A DNA stretch of 64,000 nucleotides. It comes from the human T2T-CHM13v2.0 reference genome, Homo sapiens. Of the stretch, positions 15,117 to 30,068 are shown piece by piece; positions within the stretch are counted from its first letter, which is position 1, and every line of letters starts with the position of its first letter. A program made the position numbers and the translations under genes. Location: assembly GCF_009914755.1 (NCBI RefSeq), contig NC_060930.1, one strand, 5' to 3'. The notes beneath the pieces were generated by a model. That model did not search any database, was not told the DNA's origin, and saw only the letters and a program-made list of their open reading frames with translations.

Positions 15117-15974
15117 AAATAAGATATTTGGACCATGACTCCAAAACAAGAAGACTGTTTTTAGCAATGCTTTAATATAGATATTTATCTTATGTCCCTG
15201 TATCTACCTCAGAAGTTCCATTTGTTTGTAATTGGAGCTGATTGGGAGGAAAAATACCAAATTAGAGCCAGATCTTTTGGCCATCCGGCTAACTACGAAC
15301 CCACTGACTGACCAGTTAATCTCTGCCGTCTCCAGGTGATAGATATCCTTGCCTTGTAGATATCAATGCTGCAATTACTCAGATTCAGTTTATGTTCCAA
15401 ATTGCCTAATTTCACATCTAGACTGTGCTTTTCTTGTGCTTTCATTTTCGAACAAGTTTGCTTGGTATTTAGTAGTCCCTTTTTTTTGAAACTGTGTCTG
15501 TGATATGCCCTGATACATAATTGATGTTACTAATAATTCTATTTGATTTTACTACATTAGGTAACTACATACATAGTACATATGCTTCATGTATATGCTT
15601 ATTATATATTTCATTCGATGTCTTTGCATACATAACATCTATTCAATAACATCAGGGCATTTCTTCTCTAAGGTGTGTGAATATAAAGTGATATTTAAGC
15701 AACACGTATTATTTTCAAAGTAAAAATAGTCTCTTTGACTTAGTTATTTCATAAAATGAGCACTGATTCTACAGATATTCAATTATACATTTGAAAAAAA
15801 TGGCTAAGCATGGACAAAATGAATGCTTCCCACGGATGTTAATAATTTTAAGATACAAAGCTTTCAAAGAATATTTGACTGAAACCCAAAATATCTAAGA
15901 GAATTTAATTTACTTTTTGATTTGTTCCCTAAAGGGCCAGGATTCTTGGCATTGCTGTACTTTATGGCACTCTT

Positions 15975-16360
15975 ACTAGGTTATTATCACTCAAAGCCCA
16001 TTGTTTTCATTAAGGTTCACCTTTGATGTAATATATTCTTTGGGTTTTGACAAATGTATAATGACACGTACCCACCGTTATAGTATCATACTGAATAGTT
16101 TGACTGCTCTAAAACCCCACATTATTCCACCTATTTACCCCTCCCTTCTTCTAGCCCCAGACAACCCCTGCTCTTTTTACTGTCTCCATAGTTTCGCCTT
16201 TTCCAGAATGTCATATAATTGCAATCATACCCTTTTCAGATTAGCTTCTTTCTCTTAGTAATATCATTTAAGGCTTTTCTATGCCTTTTTCTGGCCTCAG
16301 AACTCATTTCTTTTAGTGCTGAATAATATTCCATTGTCTGAATGTATCACAACTTATCAC
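15975..16360 (-). mobile_element. L1MC-like 3' fragment
   Basis: gggttttgacaaatgtataatgacacgtacccaccgttatagtatcatac ... ttttccagaatgtcatata. Confidence 0.8.
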
Positions 16361-16614
16361 TATAGTAGAATTCTCATTTTGAAGACATTTATGATTAAAT
16401 ATTATTAAAATGTATTCTTTGTTAAGTGAAGTGATGTTTACAAAGGGGGTAAATACTGTAAAACAAGAAAAAGTTCCTGAAATTGAATTCTGTGACTGAA
16501 ATTAGAATAAATGAATCCATTTGTTCCTTCATTTATGATGACTGGACCGTAGCTCCTTGACTTTCATCTAGATCTTAAGCTTTGCCAACCACTGCCTCCT
16601 CCCCAATTTTTAAA

Positions 16615-17190
16615 AAACTTTTTATTGTGGTATAACATAAATACCATAAAGCGCAATGATCTTAAGTGCACAATGAGCCTTTACAAATGTGCACTTGGAT
16701 GTGACTATCACCTGATCAAGAAATAGAGCATTTCTAGAATCTCATGTGATTGTCTCATGTTCCTTCCAGTTCACACATCCAAGAGACCTCTATTCTGAAT
16801 TGGAAAATTTGATCACTGTTAATTTTGCTTGTTCTCGAATTTCATGTAAATGGATTCATACAGTATGTACTCTTTTGAATTTGATTTATTTTGCCCAACA
16901 GAATGTCCATGAGCGTCACGATGTTGTTGCATATTTCAATAATCTGTTTTTATTTTATTGCTGTGAAGTGTTGTTTTATAAATATATCACAGTTCACCCA
17001 TTCTCCTGTTAAATATTAGGTTAATTTCCAGATTTCAACTATTGTGAGTAAAGCTTCTGAGAACATTCTGTACATATCTTTTGGCAGACATAATACACTC
17101 ATTTCTCTTGAATATTCCTGAGTGGAATTGCTGGGTCAGAGTGGGCATATGTTTGGCTTTAATAAAATTGCCCATCATGTATAAAAGTTG
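16615..17190 (-). mobile_element. L1ME-like 3' fragment
   Basis: tttattgtggtataacata ... gatcaagaaatagagcattt ... gagtggaattgctgggtca. Confidence 0.75.
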
Positions 17191-17489
17191 CTGCTATTCT
17201 ATTAAATAGATTTTGGATAGGAAGTAGTAAAGACCCTTAAAGAAATGACCTAGTGTAATTAATATCCCTCTTGAAAAGGGGAAATATTTGGGATTTGTTG
17301 CAGGTTGTTTTTTTCCCATGGGTAGTGAACATAAAGCTTATTCAAGAGAATGAGGTAATTTGGAATATAAAGATTTTATTTATGTTAGATATATGATAGC
17401 AGATTAAATAATTGGGCCACATATTCTATTAGAATACACTTTGGTACAGTTTAGTTAAATTGATAATAAAAGGCACAAATTGTATATAA

Positions 17490-17675
17490 GGAGGACATTG
17501 TTCTTAACATCTGAAGACCTTGGTTCTAACTCTAATTTTAGCACTATGTAACCATGTGAACTTAGGCAAATTATATAACCCCTTTAGGTCTTTGTCTTTG
17601 GAAGTAGAAGTGATGAGAGAAGAGTTTGGTCTATATTATCTCCTAGGTTCCTTCCAGTTTCCTCATTCTATGATT
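17490..17675 (+). mobile_element. MIR3-like SINE
   Basis: gaagaccttggttcta...tgtgaacttaggcaaatt...ggttccttccagtt..cattctatgat. Confidence 0.65.
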
Positions 17676-17695
17676 TTTAAAAAATAATTTATATA

Positions 17696-18010
17696 GGCTG
17701 GGCATGGTGCTTCATGCCTGTCCTGTAATCCCAGCAATTTGGGAAGCCAAGGTGGGCGGATCCCTTGAGCACAGGAGTTTGAGACCAGCCTGAGCAACCC
17801 AGCAAAATCCCATCTCTACAAAAAATACAAAGATTAGCTGGACGTGGTGATGCACATGTGTAGTCCCAGCTATTCTGAAGACTGAGGCAGGAAGATCACT
17901 TGAGCCCAGGAGGCGGAGGCTGCAGTGAGCTGGAATTGCTCCACTGCACTCCAGCCTGAGCAACAGAGTGAGACTCCGTCTCAAAATATTAATGATAATA
18001 ATAATAATCA
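17696..18010 (+). mobile_element. AluJ with (AAT)n tail
   Basis: Sense dimer. Confidence 0.93.
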
Positions 18011-19860
18011 TTATTTATGTAAAGTTAATGTTTTGTTAATATCTAATTAATGAATTAATCTAATTTATTAAATTTCACTGACTTAAGAGAAAATAAGCAA
18101 TTGTAGACTCAAAGTCATAGGACTGAATCTAAAATTTGATACTACTCAAATTTTGATATAGGGAATACTAAACTAAAATTGTATGCTTTTTAAAATGAAA
18201 TATTAAAAACTTTGCTGGCAACTTCTTTGGTTTTGTAACGTATCACAGATGTGCCTTCCCAGCTACTATGTAGTCAGAATCCTAAAGGACATTCCACATA
18301 AAATGTTGCAGAGGTTCCGCTTTGGAGGGTTTTGTAAAGTCAGCTTGAAACTGATTCAACCAATGAGTAGCTCTTCAGATCCTACACTGATTCAGAGCTT
18401 CACATGTGGCGGGTGTTTTTCTTAAGTTATTAGTAAGTGCCACAGTGCAGGAAAAAGGGCAATCAGCTGTTTCTGTTATGATTAAAGGTAGACGTTTCCT
18501 TTCACAGTCTTGCCATTTCAAAATTTGGTTCTTTTATTACATCCAGATGAGACTGAAGGAGGCTATTTGATACTTCTGCTTACTGCAGAAATATATAATT
18601 ATGACTAATAACGCAAAATACTATGTGAAAAATATAAACAGGAAACAGATGTTAGGTGAGACATACAGATGCTGTAAAGTTGAGCTGTATTTGAGATGCT
18701 ATAAACGAGCTATATTTGAGACTAACAGATTTTCATACTCTCTTTGGACTACAAGCTAATAATTTATTACTGAGTGATGAAATACAGTATATTTTCTTTG
18801 AAGTGGCCTGTAGGAATTTTTCATTTGCAAATTTTAATTTTCAGTGAAAAATTAAAATGAAATTAATCATCATCCTGTAAATGGTAACAAGAATGGTAAA
18901 ATGAGTATAAAATGGCTAGTGAATGTGGGATTGCTTTGTTGTTGAGAATATAGAGTTTTTGTTTGTTGGGGCACTAGCATAGTATTAGTACACTATCCTC
19001 CACTCTTCCACTGATTTGCCTCATTATGTGACCTCCTTGCATCTTATTTATCTTAAAAAGGATTTTAATTTTAGGCTCCTATAATTTAGTCATATTCATA
19101 ATTAGTCTTTCATAATTGCAAATGATGAAAAATTACTTTTGGTTAACTGATCATTAAAAAATTCTCCTGTATAAAAAGTAAGAGTGTAATCTTCAAGTTT
19201 AAAATGCAGAAATGTAAGTATAAACAATCTAGAGTTGAGGTTTCCCTAGCGGCATATACCAGGTCATTGAAAAAGTCAAAATGAAAAATTGTGTGTCTGT
19301 GTATATTGAAACTATGGCTTGTTTCACTTGAGCACATTGACTCTTGGTAAAATTAGCTGTTATTCAACTCAATTCAACAAAAAGTTATCAAACATTATGC
19401 TAAACAACTAATAATGTACAATGTGGTAATTGCCTGATAGAGACACAAAACACTCTAAATGAGAACAGGAAATAAATAATTAATACTTTGGGTACATTGA
19501 GAAACAGGAGGAAGTGATAATTGAAGCATGGATGGGATTTTAGTAGGCAGGGTTGGCTTAGAGGTGAGCAATTGCATTCTAGAGTGAGGATAACATTTTA
19601 ATAAGGGTAAAAAGCCAGGAGCATGTTCTGGGAAAAGCAGTAGGTCTGCTTTTGATAGGAACATGTTTCCCGGGGGTTCGAGGGTGAGCAGGGGCATTGT
19701 GACCTGAAGCCACTGACAGGAGATAGGAATGGAAAGAGTCTAAGTCTGGGAGCGGAGTGCGGCCGACGAAGTCCAGACTGCATTTCTTGCTGAGTGGTAT
19801 TGACACTTTTGTTTGCTGTTACCTCAAAATAATTTTTTAAATGATTTATATTGATATTAA

Positions 19861-20174
<314 letters not shown>

Positions 20175-20291
20175 AATTCAATATATTTATAAGCTTGAAA
20201 GTCTTCTATTGATCATTGTATCATCCTTCTGTGTATCAAAATATATGTATAAAATAAAATACAAACATTATTCTGATTAGAAGCCTCCAAA

Positions 20292-20626
<335 letters not shown>

Positions 20627-21658
20627 CCTCCAAATATTTTTAAGAGAAACATTTCCTTTGGATTGTTATTAAATTATTACTAGTATACATTTCACCAAAA
20701 CAGCATAAATATTAAAATTGTTTGAAATGCAGTCTTTAACGGCATGGATGTTGGGGGTGAATAGGCATGAGAACTCCTTAATGTTGCTTAAAAAAGGCAA
20801 CTTCACGTGTTCTGTGTTTGGTGACCTGATGCCATTCAGTAAAGGGGAGAGAGAGGGAGGTGTGAGAGGATACACAACATCAAGCCTTCACCACAGACAA
20901 TCCAGGTTTAAGAAAAACTACAAAAGAAGTTGAAGACCTGGAAATGGACCTAATTAAAAATACTCTCACCGCCGCTTTGTTCCCTCCAGGTCTACCTACC
21001 CTTTGCCCATTTGAAGACTCAGACTTACGTTATGGTTTGTAAGAAAAAATTGTGAGACCTGGATAGTGCAAAGTTACACTCAAGAGATGGACTTAGAAAA
21101 TAAGAGACTTCTGAGGGTTGGGTAGCACCAGAAATACATATTATTTGATGGGGTGTAGTGGATGAGGGCAAGAAATTCAGAGGTTTTGAAACTGGGTAAC
21201 TGAGCAGGAGGAGGCTGTCATGCTCTGACAAGGAAATATTGCGTTCATTTTTGAACTTCTTTTATATAATCAGTGATTATGAGAAATCAAGTTTATTTAG
21301 GAGAAAATAAAATCAAACACCCAGATGGGAGTATTCCATTTGTTTTTAGTTTTAATGAGTCGTTTTGAATGTGTAATCATTGAACTTGTAAGGGATTGAA
21401 TTTCCCTTTCTTCATTTCACTCAGCCGAAGACGTTTTAAAATGTTAATTTTACTCAGAGTAGCTTCATACTTGGTATATGTTATTTCATCTGGAATGCGT
21501 TCTTGCACTTTCTGAGACTAAGTCTTAGATACCCCTTGCAAAATAATTCCCAGTTTTCTCTGATGAATCGTGCCCATTAGTGAATTCTGTGGAGAGATGA
21601 TCCTATGAGGATAGGGCAATAGCAATCATCTAAACATTATATAGAAAATTTTTGATGA

Positions 21659-21948
<290 letters not shown>

Positions 21949-22147
21949 AGAAAATTGTTGATGGTCCCCATCACTCTCCTTCCTTCCTAGTTCACTTCAG
22001 CATATTACACATTTTGTTAGACTCATCTTTGAAATATCTTTTTCCCTAGCTGTCTTCTATATTTGCAGTCTCTAAGTTTGAAACATTAAAAAGTCAGAGT
22101 ACTTGATGTGGAAATCACTTTTTCTCACCTAAGATAGAAGGAAATTC

Positions 22148-22150
<3 letters not shown>

Positions 22151-22182
<32 letters not shown>

Positions 22183-22457
22183 TGAGACAGAGTGTGTCTC
22201 TCTTGCCTAGGCTGGAGTACAGTGGTGCAATCTTGGCTCATTGCAACCTCCACCTCCCGGGCTCAAGCAATCCCACCACCTCAGCCTCCTGAGATTACAG
22301 GGGTGCACCACCACTCCTGGCTTATCTTAGTATTATTTATGGAGACAGAATTTCACCATGTTGCCCAGGCTGGTCTCAAACTCCTGGGTTCAAGCAATCT
22401 GCCTGCCTCAGCCTCCGAAAGTGCTGGGATTACAGACATGAGCCACTGTGCCTGTTC
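22151..22457 (-). mobile_element. AluJ with (TTTA)n tail
   Basis: TSD gaaggaaattctta at 22137-22150 and 22459-22472. Confidence 0.93.
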
Positions 22458-23521
22458 TGAAGGAAATTCTTAACATATAAATAAATAAAGTGTACTGGAT
22501 TTCCTTAATCATTGTTATTTAGGCTTATGCTTACCTAGTTCTTTAGCCAGGTTAACATAAGGTATTAATAATGTAATTTACAACACATTTGCTCATTGGA
22601 AAGATCTGATCATTGGAAACACAAAGAGAGCACTGCAAAGCCTGCTCTTAAAAAAAATCAACTATAAAAATAAAAGACAAAAAACCCCAAAAGAACAAAA
22701 TCCAAAAAAAGAAAAAAAAAACCAACTGTGATGTTACAAAAATTACAAAATTGAACATTTCAAAATGCTTCTGTATCAAATGACTTCTTCTGTTAACATT
22801 GGGCAAAACCTTGCAAAAAAGGGTAAGTTAGATTTTTTTTTTATTTGTAGAGACCACAGACTGCCAGAAAGGGGAATTTAAAATTACAATTTCCCCCTCT
22901 AATATAAATAAATCTATATTTTTAATGCATAAAATTGTGACTTCTATTTCATTTTAAAAAAACAACATTTTTTAGAAAGCTCAAGTCTTAAAAGTAAATT
23001 TGGCTTCCCAAATGGAACTTTTTCTTCATCTCTCTTTACATGCTAAAGGAGCTGTCTGATCCTATAGCTTTGGAGCTCATGTGTTTAAAAAAGCAGATTA
23101 AAATCTCAAGATACTCTGACAAGGTGTACTTAGACAAGCTGGCTTACCATGTAGTAACTAGAAATGCTTTTATTTACGTTCCAATTAAAGAACTGACATG
23201 TGAAAACAATTTTACCAAGTGAAAACAATTTAAGTAGAACAGGGATGGAATATGTCTCTTGTTGCCTTATAAAAAATATATGTTTATCAGTTTGTACTTA
23301 AAATCCATATTGATCAGTAGCAAAAGACTGCAAAGATCCCATTAATTTATTATTTAATTTTAAGTAATGTAATAAGAGCTAGTTAACTTAGTTTAAACGC
23401 ATGAGACTTTTTTAAAAAACCCACCCATTTCTGACATAACCAAACTGAGGAAAATTTTGCAAATTATGAAAATTAAAAATTACCTTTGACATATATAATA
23501 TTACATGTATTTTATATATCA

Positions 23522-23879
<358 letters not shown>

Positions 23880-24069
23880 CTATATATTTTATGCCTTGTT
23901 TTAGAAAGACTACTTTCTACTCTTCTCCCACTCCCAGAAATGATTTATTGTTTGTTAACACCTTTATGCAAATTAGTTTGTGCTATTCCTCAAGAATTAG
24001 TGTATGTATAGAGAGGATTACAGGTAGATCAATCCATAGGAATGATGCTCTTGTGAGAGACATTTGATT

Positions 24070-24281
24070 GAGCAATGTCGAGGGCACTGGGTTTATATTC
24101 CATTGCCACCATTGTGCTGTGGTCATGGCATTTAATTTCTCTAAATCTAAGATCGCGTGAAGTAAAACTACTACGTTTTTTTCTGAAGTCTAAATGAGAC
24201 AATGAATGTGACTCAGCACATTGTCTAGCACATACAGATGCAAACTGCTATCATTACTGTTGCTATTTATGCTACTACTAC
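24070..24281 (+). mobile_element. MIR
   Basis: taaatgagacaatgaatgtga...cagcacattgtctagcacatacagatgc. Confidence 0.6.
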
Positions 24282-25079
24282 TGAAGCAGGATATTTCCCT
24301 GATCCCTTTGCAGGCAGGAACTAGAGTGCACAGGCACTAGAACTAGCCAGCCACTTCAGTGTCAGCAGGGGCAGAGTCTACTTGCTTGGTCCTGCTGTGT
24401 TCCACAGCTCATGGGTGGGGGAGTGCAGGTGAGCGGGTGCAGGAGCTGGGGCAAGTGCTTTTGGGTGCTAGCAGGCAAAAATCTCCATGGAGGCCCTGCA
24501 GCAGTTTCTAGGGAGGTGCCCGAGACCCCTGAAGCCCCAGAAGGAATGTTACAGTGCCATTTTAGCTTTGCCATTCGTGGACGGCTTAAGTGTTAACAGC
24601 TAAGTGGAGGGTGCACACACACTCGTGGCACCCAAATTCTTGTCTGGCTTCCAGGAGGAATGAGGTTGCATGATCGAATTAGAGATGGTAAATGCAGAGG
24701 ATTTTTATTACTGATGAAGGTGGCTCCCAGCGGGAAGGGGAGCTGAAAAGGGGACGGATTGGGAAGGTAATCTCCTCTCCGAAGCTACGCCTTCAAGCTG
24801 TCCCTCTGAAGTCAAGCTGCTTCTCTCTGACGTCCAACTACAATCTCCAGTGTCCAGCTGCTTCTCCTTTGTCTGCTGGCTGAGCCTGGGGTTTTTATGG
24901 GCACAGTAACGGCGGGGGGGTGGGGAAGGCTATGGGTGGTTTTGGAAAGGACAACATTTGAGCAGGAAAACAGGGATGTAAGTTCTCATTTTGGGCTGCA
25001 GTTCCAGGCTTGAGGATGGAGCCCTCACCAGGGACCTGCCCTTTTCTACCCAGAATTTCCCTGCCTCCCCTCCCTATCA
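24282..25079 (-). mobile_element. ERV1-class solo LTR (LTR1-family-like), 798 bp
   Basis: TG...CA termini; 4-bp TSD ctac (24278-24281, 25080-25083); - strand starts tgatagggaggggaggcagggaaattctgggtagaaaagggc; - strand ATAAAA at 24893-24898 and AATAAA at 24704-24709. Confidence 0.85.
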
Positions 25080-25189
25080 CTACTACTGTATCACTAATAG
25101 TGCCGTAATTTGGAATGGGCTAGGGAGCCTTATTAGTTCCTCTGTAATCATTCCAATTAAATGACTTCTTATGGCCCATTTTTCAAATA

Positions 25190-25694
<505 letters not shown>

Positions 25695-25737
25695 CTGTTC
25701 CATGTTCTTAAGACCTAAAGTCTTAAAATAACTTTAA

Positions 25738-25914
25738 AGCTAGGCATGGTGGCTCACACCTGTAATCCCAGCATTTTGAGAGGCTGAAGCGGGAGGATCC
25801 CTTGAACTCAGGAGTTCACTTGAACCTAGGAGGTGGACTCTGCAGTGAGCTGTGATCATGCCACTGCATTCCAACCTGGATGATGGAGTGAGACCCTGCC
25901 TCAAAAAAAAAAAA
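25738..25914 (+). mobile_element. AluJ with internal deletion (left-arm 5' half fused to right-arm 3' half)
   Basis: Junction ...caggagttc|acttgaacctaggagg at 25817/25818. Confidence 0.85.
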
Positions 25915-27361
25915 CAACTTTTAAGACTTCCCTTTCTGTACAATGCATTTAAGAGGTGGGGGAGAGAATTGCCTATTCCTCTTTTCTTCTTTTACCTTCT
26001 TTCTCATTTTTATATGCTTTTCAAATGAAGAAATTTTTTCTTTTTGTATCTATTTATTTTTTCCATTCTCTCATCATAGCTCCAGGGACAACATTGTTCT
26101 AATGGTAATAACTTGTTCAGGAATGAGTCTAAGATGTTTTGCTGATTCTTATCTCTGATTCTCCTTTGTTTGTTGTTTTCATATTCAGATTTCTCTCTCC
26201 TGTTATGCTAATGTGGAAGTATTATGATCCCCTTGAGTCTAAGTGCTTGGGTGATTTGGACCCTGCTTAAAAGAAAGGTTTTCTTCCTTCGTTTTTGAGG
26301 AAATTGGGCTCAGACCTAATGATCTACTGTCAAGAAATACTGTTAGCTTTATATGTTAGTCTTTGAAAATCATTTCATTTTTCTCAAACTCACTAGATAG
26401 TATCACATATAATTTTATAATTTAGTTGTTTCAAGATGATAGCAAGAGTAATGAATCCTTCTTTTAATAATGGTTGTTTTCAGCAATGATTAGTTTTTTA
26501 TTCTATTTTTCTCAATTTTTCAAAATTTAAAGAAACATGCATTGCTTTTAATAGAGAAAAAATGTATATTTTTAAAGAACAATGGAGATATTTTTTCATT
26601 ACTTTATGTGCACTACTTATTTTATGCGTTTTTTTTCTAAGGGAATGGGACAGGTTCAGCCTTATAAGATACTACAAGCCCAACCCTCAAATGTACAATT
26701 CTCTCTTTAGAAGGACTTTAACAAAATGTGTAGTAATTGGTATATTTAATAAAAAAAAAAAGTAAATAGAGAATCATTAAGTGATCTCCAAGTATGCTTA
26801 TTTTTCTAAATATACTTTTAAAGATATATAAGTGGTATTATTAGACTTAGAAAAGCCAGAAGAACTGATATGGCAGGTCACTAGATTATTTTATAAAATA
26901 TGTAGCCTTGTTTGTATTTTAAGACACTAGGTATATTATGTGTGTCAAAATCAGATCAAGTTAGAATTTTGAGAGTTTACTATGCATGCAAAAGAAAAGT
27001 TTATGAACCAGAAAGACCTCAAACTGAAAAATGGCACGAAGTCTCAATTTTACAGCCATTAAGACAGCACAGTTCATAGACTGTAAAATAGGAAGTATTT
27101 TGACCTTTCCCATGATTGGCTGTCCTATATTCTTCTTTAAGGCAAACAAAGATGTGTAAGCTGATTTGTCTATAGTTGATTGGTTTAACTTCACTGACTC
27201 AAAAGGACAAGAAGTTTATGTTTGTGTTTGGGGTTATTGTTCTGTGGAAATCAAGATGCCTTAAGTTTTGGTTACCTATGTACAGTGGCCTTGTGTATCT
27301 AAACTGTGTCCACCATTTTTATTTATTAAACCTATGTTATCTTTGCAGTTTGTCTGGAAAC

Positions 27362-27655
27362 TTTTTTTTTTTTTTTTTTGAGACAGAGACTGTGTCACCC
27401 AGGCTGGAGTGCAGTGGCACAATCTCAGCTCACTGCAACCTCTGCCTCCTGGATTCAAGTGATTGTCCTCAGCCTCCTGAGCAGCTGGGACTATAGGTGT
27501 GCACCACCAAACCCAGCTAATTTTTGTATTTTTAGTAAAGACGGGGTTTTACCATGTTGGCCAGGCTGGTCTTGAATTCCTGACCTCAAGTGATCCGCCC
27601 ACCTCAGCTTCCCAAAGTGCTGGGGGGTTATAAGCGTGAGACACCGTGCCTGGCT
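27362..27655 (-). mobile_element. AluS
   Basis: Antisense dimer; short TSD ggaaac. Confidence 0.92.
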
Positions 27656-27884
27656 AGGAAACGTTTTTATCTTTAAAAATTGAACTCTACTTGGGGTAAA
27701 ACCTTTTGTTGCTCTTGCAACAGTTAACTTCTTCTTCCCGTGTTTTACCTTCATAATTGATAGGCACTTCCATCCTAATATTTATTGAAAAATAGTTAAG
27801 AAAAAGGATGCTGTGCTATGACAAGATTGGGTTCTAAATCCAGTTATTCCACTTACTGCTCTTGACTATAGACACATCATTTTA

Positions 27885-28182
27885 TTTTATTTTTTTGGGA
27901 CAGGGTCTTACTCTGTTGCCCAGGTTGGAGTGTAGTGGCACAATCACGACTCACTGCAGCCTTGACTTCCTGGGCTCATGTGATCCTTCTACCTCGGCCT
28001 CCCAAGTAGCTGGAACTCCAGGCACACACTACCATCCCCAGCTTTTTTTTTTTTTTTTTCACCTGTAGACATGGGGTCCCACTAGTTGCCCAGGCTTAAC
28101 TTGAATTCCTGCATTCAAGCTATCCTCCCACCCTGGCCTCCCAAAGTATTGAGATTACAAGTGTGAGTCACTGCATCCAGCC
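27885..28182 (-). mobile_element. AluJ
   Basis: TSD agaca(c/t)atcatttta. Confidence 0.92.
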
Positions 28183-28277
28183 AGACATATCATTTTAAAC
28201 ATCTCTAAACTTTGGTGTTTTTATCCGTAACATGAGAATGCATCAGTGGATTAATCAAAGTCCTTCAAAGAAACATA

Positions 28278-28280
<3 letters not shown>

Positions 28281-28324
<44 letters not shown>
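28281..28324. repeat. (TG)22 microsatellite
   Basis: Direct reading. Confidence 0.97.
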
Positions 28325-28325
<1 letters not shown>

Positions 28326-28327
<2 letters not shown>

Positions 28328-28545
28328 TGAGGGAGAATTCACTCTTGCTCTGCCATTTTGTTTAATTTGAGCCCTCAAAGGATTGGATGCTACCCACCCA
28401 TTGATGAGGATGGATCTTCTTTTACTCTGTCTGCTGATTGAAATGCTAATCTGTTCTGGAAATACCCTCACAGACACCCAGAAATAATGTTTTATCAGCT
28501 ATCTGCGCATTCAGTAGCCCTGTCAACACGTAACATTCACAATCA
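28326..28545 (-). mobile_element. ERVL LTR fragment (MLT2-like)
   Basis: ggattggatgctacccacccattg...aaatgctaatctgttctggaaataccctcacagacacccagaaataatg. Confidence 0.8.
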
Positions 28546-29239
28546 TAGTAAGGATAAACTAAGTTATGTTGTATAGTAAAATCGCCTCCAAAATCTCAGT
28601 GGCTTATACCAACAAACATTTATTTCTTGTTCATGTTACACACCCATCATGTACTGGCTGAAGTTCTGTTCTAGTTTTCTCCACTTCAGAACTTAGACCA
28701 TGGAGTTAGGGGGGAAAAGAGACTGAGAGAATCACTGGTTTTTTTGTTTCTATTTTTATTTATTTATTTATTTTGAGACTGAGTATCGCTCTGTCGCCAG
28801 GCTGGAGTGCAGTGGCACGATCTCAGCTCACTGAAATCTCCGCCTCCCGGGTTCAAGCAATTCTCCTGCCTCAGCCTCCCCAGTAGCTAGGATTACAGGC
28901 ACGCACCACCACTCCCAGTTAATTTTTTTTTTTTTTTTTGTATTTTTAGTAGAGACGGGGTTTCACCACGTTGGCCAGGATGGTCTTGATCTCCTTACCT
29001 CATGATCCATCTGCCTCGGCCTCCCAAAATGCTGGGATTACAGGTACGAGCCACCGTGCCTGGCTGAGAACCACTGGTTTTAAGTCTTTTATCCTGAAGT
29101 AGCGCGTGTCATTTCTGCCCACATTTCATTGGCCATCCCAAGTCATATGGCTACTCCTGCCTGTAGGCAGGGGTTATACTACTCCCACAGAGACAGAAGC
29201 CAGAATACTTACTGGCAAACAGTAATACGGTTTACCGCA
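28546..29239 (-). mobile_element. MaLR LTR (MLT1J-like) interrupted by an Alu
   Basis: aaatctcagtggcttataccaacaaacatttatttcttg ... ctgcccacatttcattggcc...aagtcatatggc. Confidence 0.7.
28743..29065 (-). mobile_element. AluSc-like
   Basis: TSD gagaa(t/c)cactggtttt; ctgtcgccaggctgg; ggccaggatggtcttgatc. Confidence 0.93.
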
Positions 29240-30068
29240 GAAACAGTAAAAAAAAATACCTATGTCATAGCATCAGGAGTCAAATGAGATGCACTCAAAC
29301 TGTTCCGCAGACTGCCTAACACTGAGTAAGTGCTTCATTGACAAACAAGGCAATTAGATGCTTACACGTTTATAGAATGCAGAGGAGATTATTGTCTACT
29401 TTGCATCCCCAATCCCAGAAAGATAGTTTGATGTTTAGTAAGTATTTGCTTAGCTACATCATTTACATACCAAGGAAGTCTTAACTAAAGCAGTTAAATC
29501 ACTAGGCCATTTTTCTGTGTACTGCTTAAACCATGGAACTAAAGTTACCTAAGGTAAGCCTCAGTTTGGATAATCAGGTCATAGATAAATGACTTAAATA
29601 TTTTAAGATAAATCTTTAACATCTGCCTTTCCATTGGATTCCTCAATTATGTATATCATATTTAAGAGAAGCCAATAAAACTCTCTGAGCTGACGGTACA
29701 GCCTGAGCTGCCCTTTCCCCATTAAATTGATCAGCTATTGATTCGTTCTGTTGGTGTGTAGCAGTCTTTTCTTAAATGGAACAAAGGCAATTGTGTGTGG
29801 ATTTTAAGGCTTTTTATAGCGTATACCTGTTCATATAATGTTTGTTTGAATCACCAAAGATTTTGCTGTTAGTTTTAGTTTTTCTCTTTGTTATTTTATT
29901 TCAAAACTAATACAGCAAAATTGAGTTTTTCATATGTGTTCCATTCTATGAATTTTAAAATATATATATATAGATACATGTAACCACCACCACCATCATC
30001 ATTAGACAAAAACTCTATTTTGATTTCTTGTCCTTAACAGAGCAGAATAATAATTTAAAAATAAAATA

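Larger units (their letters stand above)
27810..29340 (+). mobile_element. MIR broken into three pieces by nested insertions
   Basis: gattgggttctaaatccagttattccacttact (to 27870), aacatctctaaac...tccgtaacatgagaat (28198-28240), atacctatgtcatag...caaatgagatg...agtaagtgcttca (29250-29340). Confidence 0.55.
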
